Below are positions 16,913 through 26,055 of a stretch of 59,455 nucleotides of DNA, piece after piece. The first letter of the stretch is position 1, and the number at the start of each line of letters is the position of its first letter. Source of the DNA: an uncultured Chitinophaga sp. (lineage in GTDB: Bacteria; Bacteroidota; Bacteroidia; UKL13-3); contig CAYUDC010000005.1 of assembly GCA_964443415.1 (NCBI GenBank), positions 1 through 59,455 of the forward strand, written 5' to 3'. Position numbers and translations under genes: made by a program. The notes below the pieces were generated by a model. That model was not told the DNA's origin and made no database searches. It saw only the letters and a program-made list of their open reading frames with translations.

Positions 16913-16938
16913 ATAAGTGCAAACAAAGGTAAAAATCT

Positions 16939-16946
16939 TACTTTTG
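16939..16946 (+). promoter_or_regulatory. -7 promoter box (TACTTTTG) for icd
   Basis: Exact TAnnTTTG match 21 nt upstream of the ATG at 16968. Confidence 0.45.
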
Positions 16947-16967
16947 CCGCCGTAAAAAAATTAGGTC

Positions 16968-18428
16968 ATGGATAAAATAAAAATTGCTGTTGCTAAAGGA
17001 GATGGAATTGGTCCAGAAATCATGGATGCTGTAATCAAAATTTTTGATGCAGCTGGAGTTCCACTTGAGTATTCATTTGTTGACATGGGAAAAAGCTTTT
17101 ACGACAAAGGCTTTAGTACTGGTATGACACCTGAAGCCAAAGAAACGGTTGAATCTTTAGGCATACTGTTTAAAGGTCCAATGGAAACTCCTAAAGGTAA
17201 GGGGGTTAAGAGTATCAATGTAACTGCCAGAAAAACCTGGAGCACTTACGCAAACAGAAGACATTTTAAATCCCTAAATGGGGTAGAAACCGTTTTTTCA
17301 AAAGCTGCCATTCCTATAGACCTTACCATTGTGAGAGAAAACATCGAAGGTACCTATGGAGGTATAGAGCATATGCTTACTCAAGATGTGGCCCTTTGCA
17401 GAAGGTTTATTACCAGACCAGGAAGTATACAAGTGCATAGATTTGCCTTTGAAATGGCAAAAAAAGAAGGCTTCAAAAAGGTTACCTGCGCCCACAAAGC
17501 CAATATCATGAAACTTACAGATGGTTTATTCTTAGAAACTTTTTATGAAGTTGCCAAAGATTACCCAGAAATTGAAGCCAATGACATCATCGTAGATGAC
17601 TTAGCCATGAAATTGGTTAGCAAACCACAAACTTTCGAAGTGGTAGTGCTTACAAACCTACAAGGAGACATTATGAGTGATTTATGTGCTGGTTTGGTAG
17701 GCGGATTGGGCTTTGCACCATCGGCTAATATTGGTGATAACATTTCGATATTTGAGGCTGTGCATGGAACAGCCCCAGACATTATGGGAAAAAACATTGC
17801 CAATCCAACTGCATTGCTTTTAAGTGGGTTTATGATGTTAAGGTATTTGGGCTTGATGGATCATGCTAACAAAATTGAAAACGCCTTATTAGTTACCCTA
17901 GAAGAGGGTAATCATACTGGCGACTTTGGAGATAAGTCTAAGCCATCTCTCAACACCACAGAATTTGCAAACTCTATTATTGGTAATTTGGGCAAAACCC
18001 CAAGTAAGGGTGAGGCCAGAAAATCTGCTAGTGCAAATTCAACCCATAAACTACCTGCCTTACCTGCTGCTCAGAAAATGATGTTTTCGAAAGAAAGAAA
18101 ACCAGAAGCAGTTATTGGCGTAGATTTATTTTTTGAGTCGCAAAAAACAGCTGCCGAAATTGCTCCTTTACTTCAAAAACACGAAAGAGATGGAGCAAAA
18201 CTTATTATGATTTCTAATAGAGGTACTCAAGTTTGGCCCACTGGCTCTGTCTTTACAGAATGTGTAGACCAATATAGAGCTAGATTCGAAGTGAAAGAAG
18301 GTGTGAGTAGCTTAAATCAAATGATGCAATTGGCTTCAGATGCCGGACAAGACTTTTTTGTATCATCGGTTGAATTACTTAGAAGCTTTGATGGTAAGCC
18401 TGCTTACTCTTTAGCCCAAGGTCAATAA
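16968..18428 (+). CDS. icd: Isocitrate dehydrogenase (isocitrate/isopropylmalate dehydrogenase family) with a C-terminal extension of about 140 aa
   Basis: IAVAKGDGIGPEIMDAV..., VRENIEGTYGGIEH and NLQGDIMSDLCAGLVGGLGFAPSANIG are beta-decarboxylating dehydrogenase motifs. About 140 residues follow the normal end of the fold. Confidence 0.85.
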   Translation: MDKIKIAVAKGDGIGPEIMDAVIKIFDAAGVPLEYSFVDMGKSFYDKGFSTGMTPEAKETVESLGILFKGPMETPKGKGVKSINVTARKTWSTYANRRHFKSLNGVETVFSKAAIPIDLTIVRENIEGTYGGIEHMLTQDVALCRRFITRPGSIQVHRFAFEMAKKEGFKKVTCAHKANIMKLTDGLFLETFYEVAKDYPEIEANDIIVDDLAMKLVSKPQTFEVVVLTNLQGDIMSDLCAGLVGGLGFAPSANIGDNISIFEAVHGTAPDIMGKNIANPTALLLSGFMMLRYLGLMDHANKIENALLVTLEEGNHTGDFGDKSKPSLNTTEFANSIIGNLGKTPSKGEARKSASANSTHKLPALPAAQKMMFSKERKPEAVIGVDLFFESQKTAAEIAPLLQKHERDGAKLIMISNRGTQVWPTGSVFTECVDQYRARFEVKEGVSSLNQMMQLASDAGQDFFVSSVELLRSFDGKPAYSLAQGQ

Positions 18429-19867
18429 AACATAACATTACTATCTAATTGATAGATATAAAAGCCCTGCCCTAACAAGTAGGGCTTTTTATTTTGCTCC
18501 TTTAAAACCTCAAGCAAATCGCTCTTCATTACAGTTACTCTTTCTTTGTTATCAAACCATATTAAAGTATTTCTTCGGTTTGATCCAAGCCTTGAAATAA
18601 ATGTACTTTCAGACTCGTTTTGAAAGGGTGTATACAAACACTGACTTTTTGTTAGCCACCAGACCAAATCGGGAAAATTACTGAGCAATTTCTCATCAAT
18701 AAAATTGCTTCTCTTCTGTAAAATATGAGAAAAATACAAGTGCGACAAATATTGATCTCGCGAAGCTTGATGATGCTTCTTTGCCCAATTGAAAACTAAA
18801 ACAATTTGACACAACAAGGTAGAAATTAACAAAATCTTGGAAATTTTGGCCCTACTAACCCTATTTTCTATGAAAAAAGCAGTAAAAACACCAAAAATTG
18901 GCCAGAAAAATGAAATATACCTTGGCAATTGCACCAAGGATAGACCAGGCTGCAAAAAAAGTAATGCAGTAGTGAAAATACTTAGGTTTAAACTTAGATT
19001 CAAGAACAAGCCAAGCTCCCTGGTTGGTTCAAATGGTTTAATGATAGAAAAAATGCCAAAAACACTTGATATCACAACAAAAATTAAAAATGCGACATTC
19101 AGTTTAAATTGTGGTGAAAGCAGGGCTACGATCCACGACTTAAAGTTTAAATAAATAGCCCCAACACTAAACTTTTCTGCTAAAGAGTGCTCTCCTAACA
19201 TTTGGCCATTTAACCAATAATTCGTTAATAACCATAATGTTGTAAACAACAAGGCGGGTAAAATGGCATAAATAAGTTTTGAAAGCTGGAGTTCCTTTCG
19301 GCCCAATAAGACATGAAATAAGAATCCAAGAAGCAAAAACCAGCCTATATACCTAGTTAGAACCAAAAAAGTTAGAACCAATGCCCATTTTAACCAGTTA
19401 TTTTTATCAAGTGTTACAGAGTAATACACCCAAGCCACAAATAATGGCACAAATAGCACTTCAGATAGGGCATTTGCCCAAACATGGGTCCAAGCAAAAC
19501 CAAACAGCATAGAAAGTAAAGTGGCCCCAATTTTACTTTTTAACCCGAGCACCCCAACAAGTTGGTAGACAAAAAATACCGTTAGGTTAAAAGAAATTCC
19601 TAAAACTACGCAGATATACACAGCTTCAGGAATATGAAATAAATATGCTGGAACTAAAATAATAGCAAAAAATGGTGGGGCGTTTTGTAGATAATTACCA
19701 TCAAACATTAGCAACCCATTGCCGCGATAAAAGTTATAGGCGGCCGAAAAGTAATTCATGGTATCTATCTGAAGGATAGGACCGAATTTTCCGATAAACC
19801 CAATAAGGAGGAGGTTTAAAAAAACAACTAAGGCAATAACTGGTGTGTGCTGCCTTAATAAATTCAT
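18422..19867 (-). CDS. Polytopic membrane protein, possible GT-C-fold (ArnT/PMT-like) glycosyltransferase
   Basis: 481 aa with about 11-12 hydrophobic helices. First loop IDTMNYFSAAYNFYRGNGL (acidic plus aromatic, as in GT-C enzymes). Soluble C-terminal region of about 110 aa. Its ATG overlaps the purQ stop (TAATG). Confidence 0.45.
   Translation of the reverse strand: MNLLRQHTPVIALVVFLNLLLIGFIGKFGPILQIDTMNYFSAAYNFYRGNGLLMFDGNYLQNAPPFFAIILVPAYLFHIPEAVYICVVLGISFNLTVFFVYQLVGVLGLKSKIGATLLSMLFGFAWTHVWANALSEVLFVPLFVAWVYYSVTLDKNNWLKWALVLTFLVLTRYIGWFLLLGFLFHVLLGRKELQLSKLIYAILPALLFTTLWLLTNYWLNGQMLGEHSLAEKFSVGAIYLNFKSWIVALLSPQFKLNVAFLIFVVISSVFGIFSIIKPFEPTRELGLFLNLSLNLSIFTTALLFLQPGLSLVQLPRYISFFWPIFGVFTAFFIENRVSRAKISKILLISTLLCQIVLVFNWAKKHHQASRDQYLSHLYFSHILQKRSNFIDEKLLSNFPDLVWWLTKSQCLYTPFQNESESTFISRLGSNRRNTLIWFDNKERVTVMKSDLLEVLKEQNKKPYLLGQGFYIYQLDSNVMFY
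18574..18586 (+). repeat. One-mismatch copy (TTCGGTTTGATCC)
   Basis: Read directly from the sequence. Inside the membrane-protein gene 18422-19867. Confidence 0.9.
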
Positions 19868-20568
19868 TAAATTACAATACGCTCAAATGCCGACAACAAG
19901 GACCTGAACATCCCTTGGCCATCTGTATTATACAGTTCTGCATCCACTGCTCTTTCAGGATGAGGCATCATTCCAAATACATTCCTTTTTATATTACACA
20001 CCCCTGCAATATTCAACAATGAGCCATTAGGATTAGCTTCTAGCGTCTCGATACCATCTTCGTTGCAGTATTTGAATAGTATTTGGTCGTTGGCAATGAG
20101 ACCCTTTAAGGTTTCTTCGTTGCAGTAATACCTGCCTTCACCATGTGCAATTGGAATTTGTAAAGCTTTGTAAAGTTGAAGTTGTGAAGTAATCACTGTA
20201 TCATTTGTTTGAGGCTTTATATATACATTCTTGCAGTTAAATTTCTGATGATCGTTATGCAACAAGGCCCCTGGTAATAGCTGGCTTTCGCATAATATCT
20301 GAAATCCATTACAAACACCCCAAACCAATCCTCCTTTTGAGGCGTAGTCCATTACATTTTGCATTATTGGTGAAAACCTTGCAATTGCACCGCTTCTAAG
20401 GTAATCTCCATAACTAAAACCACCGGGTAAAAATACTAAGTCACAAGCTTGTAAATCGTGGTCTTTGTGCCACAACTTAACTGTTTCGCATCCAAAATGA
20501 TCACGAAATGCGCTCACTGCATCTTCATCGCAGTTAGAACCAGGAAATACTATTACACCAACTTTCAT
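19867..20568 (-). CDS. purQ: Phosphoribosylformylglycinamidine synthase, glutamine amidotransferase subunit
   Basis: 233 aa. MKVGVIVFPGSNCDED, LPGGFSYGDYLR, GVCNGFQIL, HGEGRY and MPHPER. Confidence 0.95.
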   Translation of the reverse strand: MKVGVIVFPGSNCDEDAVSAFRDHFGCETVKLWHKDHDLQACDLVFLPGGFSYGDYLRSGAIARFSPIMQNVMDYASKGGLVWGVCNGFQILCESQLLPGALLHNDHQKFNCKNVYIKPQTNDTVITSQLQLYKALQIPIAHGEGRYYCNEETLKGLIANDQILFKYCNEDGIETLEANPNGSLLNIAGVCNIKRNVFGMMPHPERAVDAELYNTDGQGMFRSLLSAFERIVI

Positions 20569-20582
20569 AAAATAGCTTTGTA

Positions 20583-20590
20583 CAAAAGTA
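20583..20590 (-). promoter_or_regulatory. -7 promoter box for purQ (TACTTTTG on the minus strand)
   Basis: caaaagta on the plus strand, 15 nt upstream of the purQ ATG at 20568. Confidence 0.4.
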
Positions 20591-20611
20591 AGGTCTGAAA
20601 AATTAATTATC

Positions 20612-21142
20612 CTATTCTATCAATAAATAAAATGCCACCGGCAACATTCCTTGCGGTAAAACATGCTTTGAACCAGGTGCTTGTTGCACGGCTTGTGGCA
20701 AGGTAGTAGATAATCTAACCTCTACAAAAGTTATTTTACTCCCTTTGGGGCAAACTGTTACCGCTTGTCTACAATCATTGGTAAAAAACTGGTTGTAGTT
20801 TTGATAGGCTTTACCATGAAAATCAGGAATATTAGGCTCAACCATGAGCGTAAATGAAACTAACAGATTTTTCTTGCTCTTATCGTTCTTATCGTAAATT
20901 ACCAGCTTGGGGTTTCCTAAATTAAAAAACTGCTTATTGATACTTGGTACTTTCAATAAATCAATTTGCTCAAATCCATTGTCTAAATAATATACAAATC
21001 TAGAGGCTATCTCCACATTTTTTGCATTTGGCTGATAGCTACTATTAGGCTGAGAACCGCCATGATTATGTGTTTGTGCATTTAGGTTTTGTGTAAAAAC
21101 AAACATCAAAACAATGCAAATAGATTTTATTGCTTTCATCAT
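20612..21142 (-). CDS. Secreted hypothetical protein, 176 aa
   Basis: Signal peptide MMKAIKSICIVLMFVFTQNLNAQ, then a His/Gly-rich stretch (THNHGGSQ). No recognisable domain. Confidence 0.55.
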   Translation of the reverse strand: MMKAIKSICIVLMFVFTQNLNAQTHNHGGSQPNSSYQPNAKNVEIASRFVYYLDNGFEQIDLLKVPSINKQFFNLGNPKLVIYDKNDKSKKNLLVSFTLMVEPNIPDFHGKAYQNYNQFFTNDCRQAVTVCPKGSKITFVEVRLSTTLPQAVQQAPGSKHVLPQGMLPVAFYLLIE

Positions 21143-21194
21143 GAAAATTAAAATACAAATTTCGGGCCTTTGTTTCTAAAATTATCCTTTATTC

Positions 21195-21824
21195 TTAACT
21201 AGCAGTAAAAAACTCTTCTTTTTCAGTGGTGTGCGACCGCAAAACACCTGCACTTACCAATGCCACTAAAATTCTTTGCGCTCGCCATCTTGATATATTG
21301 AGCATTTTGCAAATCTCTTTTAAGGTAATTCGTTCATTCTTGTCTAAATACCTTAAAATGGTTTGTTCATTTTCGGTATACCTAATGAGGCTCGATTGAT
21401 TCGCAGCACTTCTTTTTAATACATCTACCACAATTTTACTTGCTAAAAGCGATTGGTCGTTCACCCGAATATGTACCCACCATTTTCCCTCCTCATCTTT
21501 TGCATAGTACGGCTTTTGATTTCCTTCTGGAATAATTGCCTCCAACACCATTTTACCACCAAATTCCCACTCCCTAATTTCGATGGGTATAGGTGGCTTT
21601 AAATAAAAATTAGCCGCTAATTCTAACATGTATTTTTCCTCTTCGCTCCTAACGCCACTAATGGTTTTATTGTCATTTACACCCACCAATAAGGTGCCAC
21701 CCTTATGATTGGCAAAGGCACTTAATGTTTTTGCGATTTTGGAGGCAGAAGAAATGGTTTTTTTAAAGTCTAAAATCTCATTTTCTCCATTTGCAATTCT
21801 AAGTAATAGTGGATGTGGGGGCAT
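21195..21824 (-). CDS. AlbA_2 (Schlafen-like DNA-binding) domain protein with a C-terminal winged-HTH
   Basis: 209 aa. GENEILDFKK...IAKTLSAFANHKGGTLLVGVNDN..ISG is the AlbA_2 signature. The C-terminal ITLKEICKMLNISRWRAQRILVALVSAGVL is HTH-like. Its ATG directly abuts the stop codon of the upstream symporter gene. Confidence 0.65.
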   Translation of the reverse strand: MPPHPLLLRIANGENEILDFKKTISSASKIAKTLSAFANHKGGTLLVGVNDNKTISGVRSEEEKYMLELAANFYLKPPIPIEIREWEFGGKMVLEAIIPEGNQKPYYAKDEEGKWWVHIRVNDQSLLASKIVVDVLKRSAANQSSLIRYTENEQTILRYLDKNERITLKEICKMLNISRWRAQRILVALVSAGVLRSHTTEKEEFFTAS

Positions 21825-23276
21825 TTAACTCCTTTTTTTTAATCTAATTAGCCAGAGTCCAGCAAAAGTTAATAGCCCGTTTATTAGCAGCATTTCAATT
21901 CCTATTTGGTATTTCCAACCAAAATACACTTGAATCTTGCTCTGATAGAAGTAACAAATTAAGGGGGCCATCATTCCAACCAAAGGGCCAAGTTTGTCAT
22001 TTACTTGGTGTTTGGTTAAAATTCCAAAGGCAAAAAGCCCAAGCAATGGTCCGTAGGTGTAACCAGCAATATCCAATAATATAGAAATGATTGATTTATT
22101 ATCTAAGTATTTAAAGTAATAAACCAATAGCAAAAACACCAAAGCAAAGCTGAGGTGAACGATCATTCTAAGGTTTGATTTCTTGTTTTCATCAAGGTTT
22201 TTATTGCGCTCAAAACCTATAATATCTAAACAAAACGATGAGGTTAAGGCTGTAATGGCGCCATCTGCACTAGGAAACAGTGCCGAAATAAGACCAATGA
22301 TAAAAATAATAGAAATAAAAGGTGGCATGTGAAACATAGCAATGCTTGGGAACAAGTCGTCACCCGTAATAGCAAGCGCAGTGCTGTTGGCGTATAAATA
22401 AAGCAAACCACCTAAAACCAAAAACATGAAATTAACTAACACCATTACACTGCTAAACAACATCATGTTTCTTTTTGCTCCGGCTAGTGTTTTTACACTA
22501 ATGTTCTTTTGCATCATTTCTTGGTCTAATCCAGTCATCGCTATGGTGATAAACGCACCGCCTATTATTTGTTTTAGAAAATATTTTTTATCCCAAAAAT
22601 CCATATTAAAAATCTGGGTGTGCCCACTGTCATTTAATTTCTGCAAGGTCGACCCAAAATCTAGTTGCAATTGAGTCATTACATAATAAACACATATTAC
22701 TAAAGACAATAACATGAAAAAAGTTTGGAGGGTATCAGTCCAAACGATTGTTTTTACGCCCCCCTTAAGAGTGTAAAGTAATATCATCAATAAAATAATA
22801 ATAGATGTGACATGAAAGCCAATACCAAGATTATCTAAAATAAAGATTTGTAAGACATTTATTACAAGATAGAGTCGTAGTGTGGCGCCAAGGGTTCTGG
22901 AAACAATAAAAAACAATGCGCCGGTTTTATATGAGTATACTCCAAAGCGTTGAAATAGATAATCATAGATAGAGGTTAGGTTCAATCTGTAATAGAGCGG
23001 CAACAACACAAAAGCTACCACAAAATAGCCTAGGAAATATCCCAGAACCACCTGAAAATAACTAAAATTAGCTGCACCAACAGTGCCGGGCACAGAGATA
23101 AATGTTACTCCAGACAGAGAAGTGCCAATCATTCCAAATGCAACCAAAGCCCAATGACTGCTTTTATTTCCAATGAAAAAGGTGTGATTATTAGATCCTC
23201 TGCTTGTATAATAGGCTACGGCTAGCAAGACCAAAAAATAGCCAAGAATGAGCGAAAGTAAAATAACAGAATTCAT
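21825..23276 (-). CDS. Sodium:solute symporter family (SSF) transporter
   Basis: 483 aa with about 13 TM helices. Motifs such as GGVKTIVWTDTLQ and FITIAMTGLDQEMMQK are typical of SSF/SLC5-type permeases. Confidence 0.8.
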   Translation of the reverse strand: MNSVILLSLILGYFLVLLAVAYYTSRGSNNHTFFIGNKSSHWALVAFGMIGTSLSGVTFISVPGTVGAANFSYFQVVLGYFLGYFVVAFVLLPLYYRLNLTSIYDYLFQRFGVYSYKTGALFFIVSRTLGATLRLYLVINVLQIFILDNLGIGFHVTSIIILLMILLYTLKGGVKTIVWTDTLQTFFMLLSLVICVYYVMTQLQLDFGSTLQKLNDSGHTQIFNMDFWDKKYFLKQIIGGAFITIAMTGLDQEMMQKNISVKTLAGAKRNMMLFSSVMVLVNFMFLVLGGLLYLYANSTALAITGDDLFPSIAMFHMPPFISIIFIIGLISALFPSADGAITALTSSFCLDIIGFERNKNLDENKKSNLRMIVHLSFALVFLLLVYYFKYLDNKSIISILLDIAGYTYGPLLGLFAFGILTKHQVNDKLGPLVGMMAPLICYFYQSKIQVYFGWKYQIGIEMLLINGLLTFAGLWLIRLKKRS

Positions 23277-23319
23277 AATTAGATTTATTTAAGTGCTATT
23301 GTCTTGGCCATTTAAACAA

Positions 23320-24144
23320 TTAATACAAACTATTTCGATTGGTTCTATTCCAATATTTAATCATAATAAATCCAAAAAGCATTCCGCCTAAATGGGCAAA
23401 ATGAGCCACGTTATCTGAAGGGTTATTATTTAGCCCCTGAAAGAGTTCAAATGCGCCAAAAATCATTACAAAGTATTTTGCTTTAATTGGAAATGGGAAG
23501 AAAATTAGCATCAAGGTAGTATTTGGAAAAAGCATCCCAAATCCAAGTAACAATCCAAACACTGCACCACTTGCGCCAACTACAGGTACATTCATTTTTT
23601 TAACCACCAGATAATCCGCTATTTCTTTTGCACCAGCAATATACTCCTGGTTATTAGGGTTATTTTTCCAGCCAGTCATAAACTCTATAACTCTGTCATT
23701 ATTCGATAACATGTTATCATTTTGCACCAGTATCCAAAAGTTGTCATAAGTGGCGTCTGCATAAAAAGCGGCTACAGTTTCTTTTGCCGCATGAATCTCG
23801 TAAGCACTTACACCAAGATGTACTGCCGCGGCTCCCAAAGCGGTAACAAAATAGAAAACAAAAAATCTTTGGGGGCCCCAATAATTTTCTAGCTGACTGC
23901 CAAACATCCACAGACTAAACATATTCGACAAAATATGAAACATACTCCCATGCATAAAAACATGGGTAATAAACTGGTAGGGTCTAAAATAAGTAGACTC
24001 AGGATAAAAAAGGCCCAGCTTAGCATTCAAATCCAAAATGCCCCTGTCTGCCAAAACCACATTGGCTAAAAAAAATAATGCATTTATAATCAATAGGTTT
24101 TTTACAACCGGTGGAAACGCATTGGGTCGAACTTGTTGAAACAT
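23320..24144 (-). CDS. Rhomboid-family intramembrane serine protease
   Basis: 274 aa. HGSMFHILSNM, catalytic GASGAVFGLL and HLGGMLFG motifs. Confidence 0.9.
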   Translation of the reverse strand: MFQQVRPNAFPPVVKNLLIINALFFLANVVLADRGILDLNAKLGLFYPESTYFRPYQFITHVFMHGSMFHILSNMFSLWMFGSQLENYWGPQRFFVFYFVTALGAAAVHLGVSAYEIHAAKETVAAFYADATYDNFWILVQNDNMLSNNDRVIEFMTGWKNNPNNQEYIAGAKEIADYLVVKKMNVPVVGASGAVFGLLLGFGMLFPNTTLMLIFFPFPIKAKYFVMIFGAFELFQGLNNNPSDNVAHFAHLGGMLFGFIMIKYWNRTNRNSLY

Positions 24145-24177
24145 ATATATGCAAGTTAACTTTAATACACAAAAACA

Positions 24178-25980
24178 CTAAAACATCCTTGAGATTTCCT
24201 CTAAGGTTAATTTACTTACACAGGGCTTACCGTCTGGAGCAAACTGAGGATCTTTACATGCAAACAACTCATCCACCAAACGGTTCATTTCTTCGATTTT
24301 TAACTTTGTCCCCGACTTAATTGCTGCTCGTTTTGCTAAGGTTTTTGCCACGTGCTTGTTCTTATTGCTCTCTGGCGTAAGTGTATTTTTATACGTTTCT
24401 ATGATTTCAGAAATGAGGGTTATTTCGTTTTCTAGGTGCAATTCTGCTGGTAGTCCATTTATTACAAACGTACTTTTGCCAAACAAATTAATGGTAAAAC
24501 CTAGGGCCAACATCTCTGGTAGTATTTCTAATAAGATGGCTTCTTCTGCAGCATTTAAAGAGATTACCTTTGGAAAAAGTAACTGCTGACTCACAATCGG
24601 GCTCTTCTCAAGTGCGTCGAGGTATTTTTCAAATAAAATTCTTTCATGGGCCGCTTGTTGATGAATAATCATCATTCCACTCTTTATTGGAGTTACAATA
24701 AACTGGTTATTGAGTTGAAAAAACACCCTTGAATCATTTACCTCAGCACCAACTTTTAATTCGGTTTGAACCGATTCTCTTGCTGGTTTAGGAGGCGAAA
24801 AAGCCAATTCCCAATGTTGCTGACTGCGGTTTCGTTGTGCTTGATATTCCGATTTAAAACCATCCCAACCACCTCTATTATTCGAAACAGTTTCTACTTG
24901 CGAAGACCCCTTAAAATCTTGAATGCTAGGAGGATTAAGTTGTAGGTTCATAAATTGATTATCATCAAATCCTACTTCATCAGGCACTTGAATGTGGGAC
25001 GCTAATGCCCGCCTAACTACCGCACGAAGTATTTGATAAATGTTCTTTTCGTCCTCGAACTTTATTTCTGTCTTAGTTGGGTGAACATTGATATCTATTT
25101 TGGAGGGGTCGATGCTAATGAAAATGATATAGAACGGAAATTGTTCTTTTGCCAACATGCCTTCAAAAGCATTATTAACAGCATGGTTTAGATAATTATC
25201 TTTAAAAAAGCGGTTGTTTACAAAGAAAAACTGCTCCCCTCTAATTCTTTTAGCGGATTCTGGTCTACCTATAAAACCTTCTAGTTTGATAATGCTCGTT
25301 TGTTCTTCAAACCAAATTAAATCAGTATCTTTTTTATCAGTAAAAATCTCTTTTACCCTATCAATTAAATTCTGTGGGCCAAAATCAAATTGAACATCAT
25401 CATTGTGCAGAAGTTTAAAACCAACATGAGTATTTGCCAAGGCTGCTCTGGTAAACTCATCTAAAATATGTTTCCATTCAACCGGATTAGATTTTAAGAA
25501 GTTTCTGCGTGCAGGAATATTGTAGAATAGATTCTTTACAATCACCTGAGTGCCTTTGTTGAGGTTGATGTGTTCTTGCTTTAACACTTTAGACCCTTCA
25601 ATCTGAATGAGGGTTCCCAAATCATCTTGCTCTCTCTTGGTTTTCATTTCAACTTGTGCCACAGAGGCAATACTTGGCAGAGCTTCTCCTCTAAATCCCA
25701 TGGTTTGGATATGGTACAAGTCTTCAGTTTTAGAGATTTTTGAAGTAGCATGTCTTTCCCAGCAAGCGCGTGCATCAATAAATGACAAGCCTATGCCGTT
25801 GTCTACAATATGAATGAATGATTTTCCAGCATCCTTCACATACAAGTCTATCTGGGTGCTCGAGGCATCCAAAGCATTGTCAAGTAATTCTTTTACCACA
25901 GAAGACGGGCGTTGAACAACCTCTCCAGCGGCAATCTGACTTGCAACATGGTCTGGCAGCAAACGTATGGTATCACTCAT
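24178..25980 (-). CDS. mutL: DNA mismatch repair protein MutL
   Basis: From the ATG at 25980 the protein opens MSDTIRLLPDHVASQIAAGEVVQRPSSVVKELLDNALDA, followed by DNGIGL and GFRGEAL. The supplied start at 25992 is a TTG four codons upstream. Confidence 0.95.
   Translation of the reverse strand: MSDTIRLLPDHVASQIAAGEVVQRPSSVVKELLDNALDASSTQIDLYVKDAGKSFIHIVDNGIGLSFIDARACWERHATSKISKTEDLYHIQTMGFRGEALPSIASVAQVEMKTKREQDDLGTLIQIEGSKVLKQEHINLNKGTQVIVKNLFYNIPARRNFLKSNPVEWKHILDEFTRAALANTHVGFKLLHNDDVQFDFGPQNLIDRVKEIFTDKKDTDLIWFEEQTSIIKLEGFIGRPESAKRIRGEQFFFVNNRFFKDNYLNHAVNNAFEGMLAKEQFPFYIIFISIDPSKIDINVHPTKTEIKFEDEKNIYQILRAVVRRALASHIQVPDEVGFDDNQFMNLQLNPPSIQDFKGSSQVETVSNNRGGWDGFKSEYQAQRNRSQQHWELAFSPPKPARESVQTELKVGAEVNDSRVFFQLNNQFIVTPIKSGMMIIHQQAAHERILFEKYLDALEKSPIVSQQLLFPKVISLNAAEEAILLEILPEMLALGFTINLFGKSTFVINGLPAELHLENEITLISEIIETYKNTLTPESNKNKHVAKTLAKRAAIKSGTKLKIEEMNRLVDELFACKDPQFAPDGKPCVSKLTLEEISRMF
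24760..24772 (+). repeat. Exact copy of TTCGGTTTGAACC
   Basis: Read directly from the sequence. Inside mutL (ESVQTE on the coding strand). Confidence 0.95.
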
Positions 25981-26055
25981 ACTGCAAATCAATCCATTTT
26001 TTTACACACTATATGCCGTGTGGAGAACTTTAAAACCACACTTGGGCAAAAAAAT

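Noticed and set aside
20573-20590. Near-palindrome TAGCTTTG-TA-CAAAAGTA upstream of purQ, which looks like two opposed -7 boxes or an operator.
   Set aside because: Only the minus-strand box has a gene to drive (purQ). The plus-strand match faces the end of a minus-strand gene, and the symmetry is probably coincidental for an 8-nt AT-rich consensus.
25912-26055. Upstream extension of the GH3/beta-lactamase ORF, which overlaps the 5' end of mutL.
   Set aside because: The extension has no signal peptide or domain and overlaps the divergent mutL coding region. The ATG at 26056 (or 26104) precedes a proper hydrophobic signal/anchor.
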